Source of the DNA: Eubacteriales bacterium
Lineage (GTDB): Bacteria; Bacillota; Clostridia; Oscillospirales; CAG-272
Assembly (NCBI GenBank): GCA_045659905.1
Contig: JAZRCT010000012.1
Coordinates: forward strand, 47,538-111,537
Direction: 5' to 3'
Length of the DNA: 64,000 nucleotides
Shown: positions 21,470 through 32,378 of the stretch, piece after piece
Numbering within the stretch: position 1 is the first letter of the stretch
Layout: the number at the start of each line of letters is the position of its first letter
The notes under the pieces: generated by a model
The model's input: the letters and a program-made list of their open reading frames with translations, nothing else
Database searches by the model: none
Told to the model about the DNA's origin: nothing
Program-made: the position numbers and the translations under genes

Positions 21470-23935
21470 ATGGGTACAATTGACAACAACTACGGCAACG
21501 CCGCAAAGACGAAAATTTCAAAGGGTGAGCTTAAGACCAGAATAGAGGCTAAGCTCATCACGAGAGGCGTGTCTAATCCTGAATTTGCGAACGATGAGCA
21601 GATTTATCACGCAACCGTTGCGGCAATCAAGGATTTGATGCTTGAGCAAAGACAGGAATTCAAAAAGAGAATTAAGGAAAAGGATGCAAAGAAGGTTTGC
21701 TACCTTTGCATGGAATTCCTCGTTGGACGTTCTATGAGAAACGATACTGTAAATCTCGGAATTTACGACGATCTTTGCGAGGTTCTTGCCGATTTCGGTA
21801 CTTCGTTTGAGCACGTATTCGCATGCGAGGTTGACCCGGGTCTTGGCAACGGCGGTCTTGGCAGACTTGCAGCCTGCTTTATGGACTCCCTAAGCGCTCA
21901 GGACTACGCAGCTAACGGATATTCGCTTCTTTATGAAAACGGTCTTTTCCGTCAGAAGATAATCGATGGTGAGCAGGTAGAGCTTCCCGACAGCTGGCTT
22001 GGAAGCGGCGGAGCTTGGCTCGTTCCACGTCCTGAGAATAGCGTTACTATTCGCCTTGGCGGAAGAATAGAGGAGAAGTGGGAAAACGGCGAAATCAAAA
22101 TTATGAATTACGATTACGACGAGGTTAAGGCAGTGCCTTACGACCTTCTTATCCCAGGTACCGTTACCAATGCGGTAAATAAAATCCGTCTTTGGAGATC
22201 CCGCCCTGCTTACTCCTCGGTTATGAATTATACCTCTCAGGGCTCTTATATGAAGAAGCTCAGTGACACCAACAGCGCCGAGATTATCACCCAGCAGCTT
22301 TATCCAAACGACAATTACGACGAGGGTAAGCTTTTAAGACTTACTCAGCAGTATTTCCTTGTGTCGGCGTCGCTTCAGAGCATTATAAGCGATTATTTTG
22401 CAGAGCACGGCTCGCTTTGCGGATTTGAGGATAAGATATCCATTCATATAAACGACACTCACCCCGCACTCTGTATCCCCGAGCTTATGCGTATATTTAT
22501 GGATATATATTCGTACAGCTGGGAGGACGCTTGGAATATCGTAGTTAAGACTATTTCCTATACCAATCACACAGTGCTTCCCGAGGCGCTTGAATGCTGG
22601 AGAGTTGACCTTTTCAGTATGAAGCTTCCGAGAATTTATATGATTGTCAATGAAATCAACAGAAGATTTACTGCCGACCTTTGGAATATGTATCCCGGTG
22701 ACTGGGACAGAATTTCAAGAATGGCTATCGTTGCTTACAATCAGGTAAGAATGGCAAACCTTTCGGTAGTAGGCTCTCATACGGTAAACGGCGTATCTGC
22801 GCTTCACTCTGATATTCTTAAGAAGACCATTTTCCACGATTTCTATAAAATGACGCCTCATAAGTTTACCAACGTTACCAACGGCGTATTCCACAGAAGA
22901 TGGCTCAATAATGCCAACCCTGCGCTTTGCAAGCTTCTTGACGAGGTTATCGGAGACGGCTACCGTGAGGACGCAAGCCAGCTTATCAAGCTTACCGATT
23001 TCAAGGACGATAAGGCGGTCCTTAAGAGAATCGAGGACATAAAGCATTATAACAAGGAAACCTTTGCTTATTATGCTTACGATAAGACCGGAAGAAGACT
23101 TGATCCTACCTCTATTTTCGACGTTCAGATAAAGAGAATGCACGAGTATAAGCGTCAGCTTCTTAACGTTCTTAAGATTATCTCGATGTACAATGAAATT
23201 CTTGATAATCCCAACGTTGATATTCCGCCTCAGACCTTTATTTTTGGATGTAAGGCTGCGCCCGGCTACGCTATGGCAAAGAAGCTTATCAAGCTTATTT
23301 GGTTCTTATCCGAGGAGCTTGAGCGCAATCCGCTTACCCGTGACAGACTTAAGGTCGTATTTATGGAGGAGTATAACGTATCTCTTGCAGAGGTGCTTAT
23401 TCCCTCGGCTGATATATCCGAGCAGATTTCGCTTGCGGGTAAGGAGGCAAGCGGCACCGGCTGTATGAAGCTTATGATGAACGGCGCTATCACTATGGGT
23501 ACGCTTGACGGTGCGAACGTCGAGATACTTGAAGCTGCGGGCAAGGAAAATACCTACATCTTCGGTCTTAATACGCCCGAGGTGGAGGAGCTTTGGAGAA
23601 ACGGATATATTTCCCGTGATTTCTATCACCGCTCCGATAGACTTAAGAGAGTCGTAGACAGACTTAACAGACCTATTGGCGGTCAGGATTTCTCGCATAT
23701 TGCAGATTACCTTATCAACAGCGGTTACGGAGTTGCCGACCCATTTATGTGTCTTGCGGATTTTGATTCCTACGTATACACCTACGGCAAGGCGCTTAAG
23801 GATTATTCCAATCGTGAAATGTGGAGCAGAATGTCTCTTATGAATACTGCAACCAGCGGCACTTTTGCGTCCGACAACAGTATCAGCAAGTATGCTAAGG
23901 AAATCTGGAACATTTCTCCGGTTTATAAACTTTAA
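21470..23935 (+). CDS. glgP: Glycogen phosphorylase
   Basis: GLGNGGLGRLAACF, INDTHP, KRMHEYKRQ, PLP-site EASGTGCMK. Confidence 0.96.
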   Translation: MGTIDNNYGNAAKTKISKGELKTRIEAKLITRGVSNPEFANDEQIYHATVAAIKDLMLEQRQEFKKRIKEKDAKKVCYLCMEFLVGRSMRNDTVNLGIYDDLCEVLADFGTSFEHVFACEVDPGLGNGGLGRLAACFMDSLSAQDYAANGYSLLYENGLFRQKIIDGEQVELPDSWLGSGGAWLVPRPENSVTIRLGGRIEEKWENGEIKIMNYDYDEVKAVPYDLLIPGTVTNAVNKIRLWRSRPAYSSVMNYTSQGSYMKKLSDTNSAEIITQQLYPNDNYDEGKLLRLTQQYFLVSASLQSIISDYFAEHGSLCGFEDKISIHINDTHPALCIPELMRIFMDIYSYSWEDAWNIVVKTISYTNHTVLPEALECWRVDLFSMKLPRIYMIVNEINRRFTADLWNMYPGDWDRISRMAIVAYNQVRMANLSVVGSHTVNGVSALHSDILKKTIFHDFYKMTPHKFTNVTNGVFHRRWLNNANPALCKLLDEVIGDGYREDASQLIKLTDFKDDKAVLKRIEDIKHYNKETFAYYAYDKTGRRLDPTSIFDVQIKRMHEYKRQLLNVLKIISMYNEILDNPNVDIPPQTFIFGCKAAPGYAMAKKLIKLIWFLSEELERNPLTRDRLKVVFMEEYNVSLAEVLIPSADISEQISLAGKEASGTGCMKLMMNGAITMGTLDGANVEILEAAGKENTYIFGLNTPEVEELWRNGYISRDFYHRSDRLKRVVDRLNRPIGGQDFSHIADYLINSGYGVADPFMCLADFDSYVYTYGKALKDYSNREMWSRMSLMNTATSGTFASDNSISKYAKEIWNISPVYKL

Positions 23936-23956
23936 TCTACTAAGAGGAAGCTTTTT

Positions 23957-25876
23957 GTGAATTCATACAGAATTGAATTTTCGGATATCGAAAGTGCTTC
24001 GGGTCGAGTGCTTTATTTGCATGACGGTGAAGATATCGGCTCAGGCGCTTTCGATATCAGAAGCTCCGCTGTCTTACGACTGCTTTTGCCGAGATTTGTC
24101 GGTGCTTGGCGTGTTGTAGCCGAGGTTTTTTCGGAGGATATATCAAAAAAGCAACTAAGCTCGGTCGGGAAATGCGTTTCCTTTGATTCGGGTGTCGATG
24201 CCTTTGACTGTCCTATTGACCTCGCCTTGCTTGGCACGGGGCTTTATTTTGTGAAATTTAAGATTGAATCTGCCTCGGGCGAGGTATACGGTTACAGAGA
24301 AAAGACCGGGCTTCGTCTGTCAAAGAGCGCAAATATTCCTAATTATTTTCAGCTTTCGGTATGCGATTTTAAGTATAACCGGAGCAAGGAATATCTTGGC
24401 GGTATTATTTATCATATTTTCGTTGACAGATTTTTTAAGGCGGGCAGGGTAGCTAAAAGAAGCGATGCGGTTATGATGGAGCAGTGGGAAGGCGGAACGC
24501 CTGAATTTCCCGAATATCCCGGTGGGCATCTTGAAAACAATACCTTTTTCGGCGGTACTCTCTACGGCGTTATTAAGAAGCTTGATTACATAAAATCGCT
24601 TGGAGTAAATCTGATTTATTTAAGTCCGATTTTTGAGGCTTATTCAAATCATAAGTATGATACGGGCGATTATATGAAGGTCGACGCTATGTTTGGCGGT
24701 GATAAGGCTCTTAGCACGCTTATAGAGGAAGCAAGGTCACGTGGGATAGGAATTATTCTTGACGGCGTATTTAATCACACGGGCTCTGACAGCGTATATT
24801 TCAATTCAAAGGGCAGATACAAGTCGCTTGGCGCATACCAATCCCGCAACTCCAAGTATTACAGCTGGTATGATTTCAAAAGCTATCCTGACGATTACAC
24901 CGCTTGGTGGGGGATTAAAATATTACCGAGAATCCATCCGGATAATCCCGCTTGCGGAGAATATCTTGCAGGCGAGGGCGGCGTAATAGATAAATATTCA
25001 AAAATGGGTATAGCAGGCTTCAGGCTTGACGTTGCCGACGAGCTTTCGGATGATTTTCTTGAGAAAATAAAGGAAAGACTTGATAAAAATCTCGATTCCT
25101 CGATACTTTACGGCGAGGTTTGGGAGGACGGCTCTAATAAAATTGCGTATGACAAGCGCAAGAAATATTATCTTGGCAAAGAGCTTGACGGTGTAATGAA
25201 TTATCCCGTGAGAGTCGGTATAATTGATTATCTTAAGAATAAGGTCAAGGATAAGCTTGAATATGCATTAACCGAGGTCACCTTTAATGCGCCCGTGCGG
25301 GTTCGTAATATGCAAATGAATTTGCTTGGTACTCACGATACCGAGAGAATCATAACTATGCTTGCATACGGTAGCTACGAGGGCAAGACCAACGAGGAGC
25401 TTTCGAGAACGTTTCTTACAAAGGCTCAAAGAAAAAGAGGAATTGCGCTCGTCAAGACGGCCTATACGATTCTTGCTACAATTCCCGGAATTCCAGCAAT
25501 ATTTTACGGCGATGAGGTTGCGCTTGAGGGCTTCAAAGACCCGTTCAACAGACGCCCTTATCCTTGGAAAAGCGGTTCTTCTGAGCTTTGCGAGTATTAT
25601 CAGAGGCTCGGTAAAATCCGCAGAGAGAATCAGGTCTACAAGGAAGGCGGATTTTCGCTTCTGAGAATAGATAGCGAAATACTTATGTTTGTCCGCACAG
25701 ATGGTAGTACCACGCTACTTACCGTCGTAAATAATTCCTTAGTGGACAAAAAAATAGAATTTAATATAAAGGTAAGGGAGCTTATTACGGAAAAGCTTTC
25801 CATGGCGCACAAGCTTGGCGCTGAATCGGCTTTAATTATTGACGTAAGTAAAGCAGACCTTTACGAAATAATATAA
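23957..25876 (+). CDS. GH13 neopullulanase/amylopullulanase-like debranching enzyme
   Basis: DGVFNH, GFRLDVADEL, GEVWED, LGTHDT catalytic regions. Confidence 0.9.
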   Translation: MNSYRIEFSDIESASGRVLYLHDGEDIGSGAFDIRSSAVLRLLLPRFVGAWRVVAEVFSEDISKKQLSSVGKCVSFDSGVDAFDCPIDLALLGTGLYFVKFKIESASGEVYGYREKTGLRLSKSANIPNYFQLSVCDFKYNRSKEYLGGIIYHIFVDRFFKAGRVAKRSDAVMMEQWEGGTPEFPEYPGGHLENNTFFGGTLYGVIKKLDYIKSLGVNLIYLSPIFEAYSNHKYDTGDYMKVDAMFGGDKALSTLIEEARSRGIGIILDGVFNHTGSDSVYFNSKGRYKSLGAYQSRNSKYYSWYDFKSYPDDYTAWWGIKILPRIHPDNPACGEYLAGEGGVIDKYSKMGIAGFRLDVADELSDDFLEKIKERLDKNLDSSILYGEVWEDGSNKIAYDKRKKYYLGKELDGVMNYPVRVGIIDYLKNKVKDKLEYALTEVTFNAPVRVRNMQMNLLGTHDTERIITMLAYGSYEGKTNEELSRTFLTKAQRKRGIALVKTAYTILATIPGIPAIFYGDEVALEGFKDPFNRRPYPWKSGSSELCEYYQRLGKIRRENQVYKEGGFSLLRIDSEILMFVRTDGSTTLLTVVNNSLVDKKIEFNIKVRELITEKLSMAHKLGAESALIIDVSKADLYEII

Positions 25877-25906
25877 TTCGGAGAACCGCACTTGCGGTAA
25901 ATTAAT

Positions 25907-26416
25907 ATGACTTTTACTTTCGTAGGTATGCCTGCCAGCGGAAAATCCTGTATTGGCAGAGCACTTTCAAAAAGACTAAATATGAAGCTTATAGATGCCG
26001 ACAGAGTTATTGAGGCAAAAGAGGGAAGAAAGCTTCAGGAAATCATAGACCGGGACGGACTTGACGCCTTTAAGCGTATCGAGGAGGAAACAATCCTTTC
26101 GATAAACGAAGACAACGTTCTTCTAGCTCCCGGCGGAAGCGCAATTTATTACCCCCGTTGCATCGAGCATTTTAAAAAGCTTGGTAAAATTATATATCTT
26201 CATTGCTCGTACGACGTAATAGTAAAGCGGCTTGGAGATTATTCGAAGCGAGGGGTGGTATTAAGACCCGACCAGACGCTTTTTGATTTGTATCAGGAAA
26301 GGTGTGCGCTTTACGAAAAATATGCCGATATAGTAATTGATTGCAGCGGCAACGATTATCCCACCTATCAAAAGCGTGCGTACTACGCTATACTTGGCAC
26401 TCTTGGCAAATTTTAA
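25907..26416 (+). CDS. aroK: Shikimate kinase
   Basis: GMPASGKS P-loop, D.D, GGS, R..LY motifs. Confidence 0.9.
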   Translation: MTFTFVGMPASGKSCIGRALSKRLNMKLIDADRVIEAKEGRKLQEIIDRDGLDAFKRIEEETILSINEDNVLLAPGGSAIYYPRCIEHFKKLGKIIYLHCSYDVIVKRLGDYSKRGVVLRPDQTLFDLYQERCALYEKYADIVIDCSGNDYPTYQKRAYYAILGTLGKF

Positions 26417-26444
26417 GGAGGCTGTCGTAAGACAACCCCCTACC

Positions 26445-27575
26445 TTAGTAGCTTTTCTTGATTTCTCTTAGCGCCGAATACAGCTTATCCTTGGCGCTTG
26501 GTTTATTAAATATAGAAAGGCTGATTCTCGCAAGACCGAATTTATCGGTGTTAAGCTTTTTGTGGACGAGCGGTGCGCAGTGCAATCCCGAGCGTATATA
26601 TATCCCCTTGGTATTAAGCTCGCTTGATATAATGGACGAGGGAATATTTTTCAGGCTGAAGGATATTATTCCGTTTCCACCCTTAAAAATTTCTTCACAG
26701 CCCACCTCGCACAGTACATCGTATACGCCGTCCGTCAGAGCTTCTATTTTTCTTTGGACGTTATCTATTCCATAGGAATTTAAAAAATCTATGCCGCTTC
26801 TCAGTGCGCAAATTGCAGGGAGTGGGAGAGTTCCCGCCTCGAAAATTTCGGGATAGAGCGTTGGCATATCGGGATTTTTGGAATCAAATCCGCTACCGCC
26901 CTCGATAAAGCTTTCCCTTAGCTCCTTGTCGCAGAATACGGCAAAGCCAAGTCCGCTTATACCGAATAGCGCTTTGTGCGCAGGTGCGCATAGCACGTCG
27001 ACGGGAGTTTTCTTTAAATCGATGATAGTGTGCCCGATTTCCTGCGATGCGTCGACTATCAGCTTGATTTTATATTTTTTTCTGATATCCGAAAGCATTT
27101 CAAGAGGAATTCTTCTGCCTGTTACGTTTGAGGAAAGTGTGCATACTATCGCTGCGGTTTTATCGGTTATTTCCGATATTATATTGCTTCTTATATCGCC
27201 ATCGCTGTTGAATATAGAATAGCTTATTTTACCTTCATTTGCTAGCTTGTGTATCGGTCTTAATACGGAATTATGCTCAAGGTCGGATATAAGGCAATGT
27301 GAGCCTTCCTTTAAGCTTCTTTTTATTGCTATATTGAGAGCATAAGTTGCGTTAAGGGTAAAAACAACCTGCTCAGGCGAATCGAAATTAAGAAAATTTG
27401 CCAGCGCTTCTCTGGCAAGATATACCTTCTCTGAGGCAATCATAGCCAAGCTGTGAGTGCTCCTGCTTGGATTGGCGCAATATTGCTTCAGACATTCAGA
27501 TACGGAATTTATTACGCATTTCGGCTTCGGAAAGCTTGTAGCGCCGTTGTCGAGATATATACCCCCTTTTTGCAT
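26445..27575 (-). CDS. Class V aminotransferase / cysteine desulfurase
   Basis: YLDNGATS, EHNSV, DASQ, PAHK (PLP lysine), RSGLHCAP. Confidence 0.92.
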   Translation of the reverse strand: MQKGGIYLDNGATSFPKPKCVINSVSECLKQYCANPSRSTHSLAMIASEKVYLAREALANFLNFDSPEQVVFTLNATYALNIAIKRSLKEGSHCLISDLEHNSVLRPIHKLANEGKISYSIFNSDGDIRSNIISEITDKTAAIVCTLSSNVTGRRIPLEMLSDIRKKYKIKLIVDASQEIGHTIIDLKKTPVDVLCAPAHKALFGISGLGFAVFCDKELRESFIEGGSGFDSKNPDMPTLYPEIFEAGTLPLPAICALRSGIDFLNSYGIDNVQRKIEALTDGVYDVLCEVGCEEIFKGGNGIISFSLKNIPSSIISSELNTKGIYIRSGLHCAPLVHKKLNTDKFGLARISLSIFNKPSAKDKLYSALREIKKSY

Positions 27576-27802
27576 CAGTAGATATCTCCTCCCGACACGG
27601 TGTAGGATATTTCGTTAGCCTTCAGAATTCTTATTGCGGAAAAATAGTCTTTATAATCGATTCTTACACCGAAGGTGCAGCCGTTTGAACTGATATTTCC
27701 TTGTGATTTGATTATTTCGGCATAAATTCCGTTTAAAATTAAAAGCTTTTTTGATTTTTGCGCAAAAGTCATCGTATCCACTAATAAAAGTATTTTTTTC
27801 AA
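27575..27802 (-). CDS. DUF3343-like small protein
   Basis: 75 aa, T.A.K...L and GC.FG motifs, coupled to the desulfurase gene. Confidence 0.65.
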   Translation of the reverse strand: MKKILLLVDTMTFAQKSKKLLILNGIYAEIIKSQGNISSNGCTFGVRIDYKDYFSAIRILKANEISYTVSGGDIY

Positions 27803-27879
27803 AGCAAAATACCTCGTTTTCGCGCATTATATGCGCACTGTTATTTTATGAAATTTTTGGGTATTTGCTATTTTGAAGC

Positions 27880-28506
27880 TTGATTATGATAAATATATAT
27901 ACATTAACCAGGAATGATATTCTCGCATCTAACTGTTATCTTCTGTGCGTCGGGGACGAATGTGCGGTTATTGACCCGTCGGTCAGCCTTGACGAATTTA
28001 AAAGACGGTTTCCCGAGATTCAAAAATATAATATTAAGTACGTTTTTCTGACTCACGCCCACGCAGACCATTTTATTGAAATTATGAGCTATCTGAAAGA
28101 CGGTGTCACTGTGCTTGTGTCTTCTCCCGATGCCGGAGCCTTATCTGTCGGCAGTATAAATCTGTCCGTATTTCTTGGTGAGCAATATTGCTCGTATAGC
28201 GGTCAATATAAAATGCTATCCGAGGGGGAGTGCATCAATCTTTGCGGAGTAGAAATAAAGACTCTTTACACGCCGGGGCATACACCGGGTTCGATTACCC
28301 TTATTGTAGAGGATAAGCTCTTTACAGGCGATACGCTTTTTTCCTCGGGAGGATATGGAAGATGCGATTTACCGCTTGGCAATTTTTCGCATCTAAAAGA
28401 ATCTCTTAAGAAGCTTTTATCGCTTCCTGACGGTTATACGGTTTATCCCGGGCATGGGGAGGCTGAGCCGCTATACGTATCAAAAGGTTATTTTGATTTA
28501 AAATAA
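27880..28506 (+). CDS. MBL-fold metallo-hydrolase (glyoxalase II family)
   Basis: THAHADH, TPGHTPG, FTGD, PGHG. Confidence 0.92.
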   Translation: MIMINIYTLTRNDILASNCYLLCVGDECAVIDPSVSLDEFKRRFPEIQKYNIKYVFLTHAHADHFIEIMSYLKDGVTVLVSSPDAGALSVGSINLSVFLGEQYCSYSGQYKMLSEGECINLCGVEIKTLYTPGHTPGSITLIVEDKLFTGDTLFSSGGYGRCDLPLGNFSHLKESLKKLLSLPDGYTVYPGHGEAEPLYVSKGYFDLK

Positions 28507-28539
28507 AAGATATTTCTAATAAAAAAGGATATTTTATAA

Positions 28540-30198
28540 ATGGAAGAATTAAGAAACAATTTTATTCACGACATCATTGACGAGGACCTCGCTAAAAATC
28601 CCGAGCTTAAGATTCATACGAGATTCCCGCCCGAGCCTAACGGATATCTGCATATAGGCTCGGCTAAGGCTATTTGGATAAATGCCTCAACCGCTAAAAA
28701 GTACGGGGGACTTTTCAATCTTCGCTACGATGATACCAACCCCGCAAAAGAGGACAACGAATACGTAGAGAGCATCTACGAGGATTTAAAATGGCTTGGC
28801 TGCGAGCCTACGGGCGGCGTATTTTACGGCTCGGATTACTTTGATAAGTGCTTTGAGTTCGCAATAAAGCTTATCAAAGACAAGAAAGCCTACGTTTGCG
28901 ACCTTACGGCAGACGAGATGCGTGAATACAGAGGTACTCTTACCGAAGCAGGTAAGAATAGCCCTTATAGGGAAAGAACCGTTGAAGAAAACCTCGATTT
29001 ATTTATGCGAATGAAAAACGGCGAGTTTCCCGACGGCGCAAAGACGTTAAGAGCAAAAATTGATATGGCATCGCCTAATATCAATATGCGTGACCCCGCC
29101 ATTTACAGAATAGTCCATACCGACCATCATAGACAGGGAAGCAAGTGGTGCATATATCCCTTATACGATTATGCTCATCCTATTCAGGACGCAATGGAGG
29201 GAATTACTCACTCGCTTTGCTCAATTGAGTTTGAAAATCACAGACCGCTTTACGATTGGGTTATTGAGAATATAGGAATTAATAATAATCCAAATCCCAA
29301 GCAGCGTGAGTTCGCTAGACTTAACGTTACTCACACCGTAATGAGCAAAAGGTATCTTCGTAAGCTCGTTGAAACAGGTCTTGTTGACGGTTGGGATGAC
29401 CCCAGAATGCCCACTATATGCGGTCTCAGAAGACGTGGATACACGCCCTCTGCTATCTTTGACTTCGTTGCGAGAGCAGGTGTCGCTAAGTCGTACAGCG
29501 TAGTCGATTACGAGCTTCTTGAGCATTGCATCAGAGAAGAGCTTAATACGAACGCTCAGAGAAGAATAGCTATTTTAAAGCCTATCAAGGTTGTAATTAC
29601 AAATTATCCTGAGGATAAATGCGAATATTTTGAGCTTCCGAATAATCCGACGGACGAAAATGCAGGCACGAGAAAGGTTGCATTTACGAGAGAGCTTTAT
29701 ATTGATGCTGATGATTTTGCAGAAGTGCCGCCACCTAAGTTTTTCCGTATGAAGCCTGACGGCGAGGTAAGACTTATGGGCGCTTATATCGTGAAGTGCA
29801 ATGAAATAATTAAGGATAAAGACGGAAACATCAGCGAAATTCACTGTACTGCAGACCTTGAAACAGGCAACGGTATGCCAATAGACGGAAGAAAGGTGAA
29901 GGGAACTATTCATTGGCTTTCGGCTTCTGATTGCAGCGATGCAACCGTAATGCTTTATAATTTTCTTTTCGATATTGAAAATACTGCCGATATTCCCGAG
30001 GATAAGACCTATGACGATTATCTTAACGTAAACTCGGTAATCAAGCTTGAGAATTGCAAAATCGAGCCGTCGCTGGCAGAGGCTAAGCCTTCTGACAGAT
30101 TCCAGTTTGTAAGATGCGGATATTTTGTCAAGGATACTAAGCGTGAGAATACCTTTAACCGAATAGTCGGTCTTAAGGATAGCTTTCCTAAAAAGTAA
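28540..30198 (+). CDS. glnS: Glutaminyl-tRNA synthetase
   Basis: TRFPPEPNGYLHIG, VMSKR, GWDDPRMPT, FQFVRCGYF. Confidence 0.96.
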   Translation: MEELRNNFIHDIIDEDLAKNPELKIHTRFPPEPNGYLHIGSAKAIWINASTAKKYGGLFNLRYDDTNPAKEDNEYVESIYEDLKWLGCEPTGGVFYGSDYFDKCFEFAIKLIKDKKAYVCDLTADEMREYRGTLTEAGKNSPYRERTVEENLDLFMRMKNGEFPDGAKTLRAKIDMASPNINMRDPAIYRIVHTDHHRQGSKWCIYPLYDYAHPIQDAMEGITHSLCSIEFENHRPLYDWVIENIGINNNPNPKQREFARLNVTHTVMSKRYLRKLVETGLVDGWDDPRMPTICGLRRRGYTPSAIFDFVARAGVAKSYSVVDYELLEHCIREELNTNAQRRIAILKPIKVVITNYPEDKCEYFELPNNPTDENAGTRKVAFTRELYIDADDFAEVPPPKFFRMKPDGEVRLMGAYIVKCNEIIKDKDGNISEIHCTADLETGNGMPIDGRKVKGTIHWLSASDCSDATVMLYNFLFDIENTADIPEDKTYDDYLNVNSVIKLENCKIEPSLAEAKPSDRFQFVRCGYFVKDTKRENTFNRIVGLKDSFPKK

Positions 30199-30241
30199 TT
30201 AAAGAAAGAGGGGCAAAGCTTGTCTTTGCCCCTAGGTTTTT

Positions 30242-30991
30242 ATGAGTAAAATTAAAGATTTATATAAAAAGGCGCTATATTATCTTTCAGCGCCGAAATG
30301 CGTTTGTTGTGGTGAGCGTCTCAAAATAGAAGAGCTGGCTCTGTGCGATAAATGCAAGGAATTTTATAGAGAAAATCTAGTTGACAAATGCTCACTTTGC
30401 GGCAGAATTTTATCTGAATGCCTTTGCGTCAACGAATATCTTGATAATCATTATATACATAAGCTTGTAAAGGTAGTAAGATATAAATACTCGGACGATA
30501 TAGAGAAACGTGCGTCGAATGAGCTTATATATCACTTAAAGCGTAACCCGAGGCGGGATATCGTTGAATACATCACGAGCGAGCTTCTTCGTGCTGTTGG
30601 AAATTCAGGACTTGATTTCAGTGGGTATCTCGTTACCTCCGTTCCAAGGAGCAGAGCGAGAATCGTAAAATACGGACACGACCATTCAAAAATGCTTGCT
30701 AAAAGTCTCGCTAAGGCGCTAAAGTTAAAATACGTATGTCCACTTAGGTCAAGAGCAAGAAGCGCACAGAAAAAGCTCGGCGGCAAGGGAAGAATAGACA
30801 ATGCAAAATTTGATTATAAGCCACTTGCACAGCGCATCGACGGGAAGAAAATAATAATTCTTGACGATATAGTGACAACGGGAGCTTCACTAGGCTCTTG
30901 CGCTATGCTGCTTCGAGGTCTAGGCGCGAAGAAAATAGTCGGGGTAAGCTTTGCGATTACCTTCCGTGATAAGCAGCCTGCAATTTTATAA
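30242..30991 (+). CDS. comF: ComF family phosphoribosyltransferase-like protein
   Basis: N-terminal CxxC zinc ribbons, IILDDIVTTGASL PRT motif. Confidence 0.85.
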   Translation: MSKIKDLYKKALYYLSAPKCVCCGERLKIEELALCDKCKEFYRENLVDKCSLCGRILSECLCVNEYLDNHYIHKLVKVVRYKYSDDIEKRASNELIYHLKRNPRRDIVEYITSELLRAVGNSGLDFSGYLVTSVPRSRARIVKYGHDHSKMLAKSLAKALKLKYVCPLRSRARSAQKKLGGKGRIDNAKFDYKPLAQRIDGKKIIILDDIVTTGASLGSCAMLLRGLGAKKIVGVSFAITFRDKQPAIL

Positions 30992-31033
30992 CATTATTTC
31001 GCTTGATTTAAAGAAAGACAATATAAAATCAAT

Positions 31034-31146
31034 AATAGAAAAAAGAGAGAACGTTTCGGTAAATATATCGTGATATGTACCTCAAAGCTTATAACTTTGG
31101 GGGTCCTTTAATCACTATAAACCGATTTGCTCTCTCTTTTTTATTC
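31034..31146. terminator. Long imperfect palindrome between convergent comF and rplA (bidirectional terminator)
   Basis: AAAAAAGAGAG...CTCTCTTTTTT outer stem with nested TCGGT/ACCGA, GTGAT/ATCAC, CCTCAAAG/CTTTGGGG. Confidence 0.6.
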
Positions 31147-31155
31147 AGTTAAGAA

Positions 31156-31848
31156 TTAAAGCTTAGCGTAGTTGACCTTGATGCCGGGGCCCATGGTCGT
31201 TGCAAGAACGCAGCTCTTGATGTACTGTCCCTTAGCTGCAGCGGGCTTAGCCTTGATTACAGCGGTAAGAAGGGTGTTGAAGTTAACAGCAAGCTTCTCA
31301 GCGCCAAAGGATGCCTTGCCGATAGGGCAGTGAATGATGTTGGTCTTGTCAAGACGGTACTCAATCTTACCTGCCTTAGCCTCGGTAACTGCCTTAGCTA
31401 CGTCAGGAGTAACGGTACCTGCCTTGGGGTTAGGCATAAGTCCCTTAGGACCGAGAACCTTACCAAGACGGCCGATAACGCCCATCATGTCGGGAGATGC
31501 GATAACAACGTCGAAGTCGAACCAGTTTTCAGTGGTGATCTTCTGAACCATATCCTCAGCGCCAACGTAGTCTGCGCCTGCTGCCTTAGCAGCCTCTGCC
31601 TTGTCACCACGTGCAAATACGAGGGTTCTTACGGTCTTACCGGTGCCGTTGGGAAGAACGATAGCACCTCTTACCTGCTGGTCTGCGTGACGGGAGTCAA
31701 CGCCAAGACGGATGTGGATTTCTACGGTTTCATCAAATTTAGCCTTTGCGGTCTGGCAAAGGATATTAAGAGCTTCATCTACGTCGTAAAGCTTGCTCTT
31801 ATCGAAAAGCTCTACGCTGGACTTGTATTTTTTACCCATTTTAGCCAT
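31156..31848 (-). CDS. rplA: 50S ribosomal protein L1
   Basis: KFDETVE...[11 protein letters not shown]...TMGPG. Confidence 0.98.
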   Translation of the reverse strand: MAKMGKKYKSSVELFDKSKLYDVDEALNILCQTAKAKFDETVEIHIRLGVDSRHADQQVRGAIVLPNGTGKTVRTLVFARGDKAEAAKAAGADYVGAEDMVQKITTENWFDFDVVIASPDMMGVIGRLGKVLGPKGLMPNPKAGTVTPDVAKAVTEAKAGKIEYRLDKTNIIHCPIGKASFGAEKLAVNFNTLLTAVIKAKPAAAKGQYIKSCVLATTMGPGIKVNYAKL

Positions 31849-31864
31849 TATTCATTACCTCCTA

Positions 31865-32290
31865 TTATTCCTCGACGGTAACACCCATGCTGCGGGCGGT
31901 ACCTGCAACCATGCTCATAGCTGCTTCAAGAGATGCAGCGTTGAGGTCAGGCATCTTGGTTTCTGCGATCTTCTGGAGCTGTTCCTTGGAAAGCTTAGCT
32001 ACCTTAGTCTTGTTGGGGGTAGCAGAAGCGGTCTCGATGCCGCAAGCCTTCTTGATAAGAACTGCCGCAGGGGGAGTCTTGGTAATGAAGGTAAAGGAAC
32101 GGTCAGCGTAAACGGTGATAACAACGGGAATGATAAGACCGATGTCATTCTTAGTTCTATCGTTGAATTCCTTGGTAAATACGGGGATTGCAATGCCGTA
32201 AGGGCTGAGTGCAGGTCCTACAGGGGGAGCGGGAGTTGCCTTGCCTGCGGGAAGCTGAAGTTTGATATAACCAGTTATTTTCTTAGCCAT
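31865..32290 (-). CDS. rplK: 50S ribosomal protein L11
   Basis: [12 protein letters not shown]...GTARSMG. Confidence 0.98.
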   Translation of the reverse strand: MAKKITGYIKLQLPAGKATPAPPVGPALSPYGIAIPVFTKEFNDRTKNDIGLIIPVVITVYADRSFTFITKTPPAAVLIKKACGIETASATPNKTKVAKLSKEQLQKIAETKMPDLNAASLEAAMSMVAGTARSMGVTVEE

Positions 32291-32306
32291 AGTAATTAAA
32301 CCTCCT

Positions 32307-32360
32307 AATGTGGTATTTAATCGGGAGAATTAAGATAAAAATTTTCTCCCTCCCACAATG
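32307..32360 (-). promoter_or_regulatory. L1-binding ribosomal leader upstream of rplK
   Basis: Minus strand GUGGGAGGGAGA...UCUCCCG...AAUACCAC next to the RBS, the usual Firmicutes L1 operator layout. Confidence 0.7.
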
Positions 32361-32378
32361 CTAGAAACATTTGCAGAC

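Noticed and set aside
23440-23475. GlgP PLP motif EASGTGCMK instead of EASGTGNMK
   Set aside because: The PLP lysine is retained and this position varies among phosphorylases.
15733-25876. Glycogen operon as a novel system
   Set aside because: Standard glgBCDAP plus a GH13 gene.
26445-27802. DUF3343 + desulfurase as a selenium-utilisation locus
   Set aside because: No selD, yedE/yedF or in-frame UGA/SECIS evidence in the window; a common clostridial pair.
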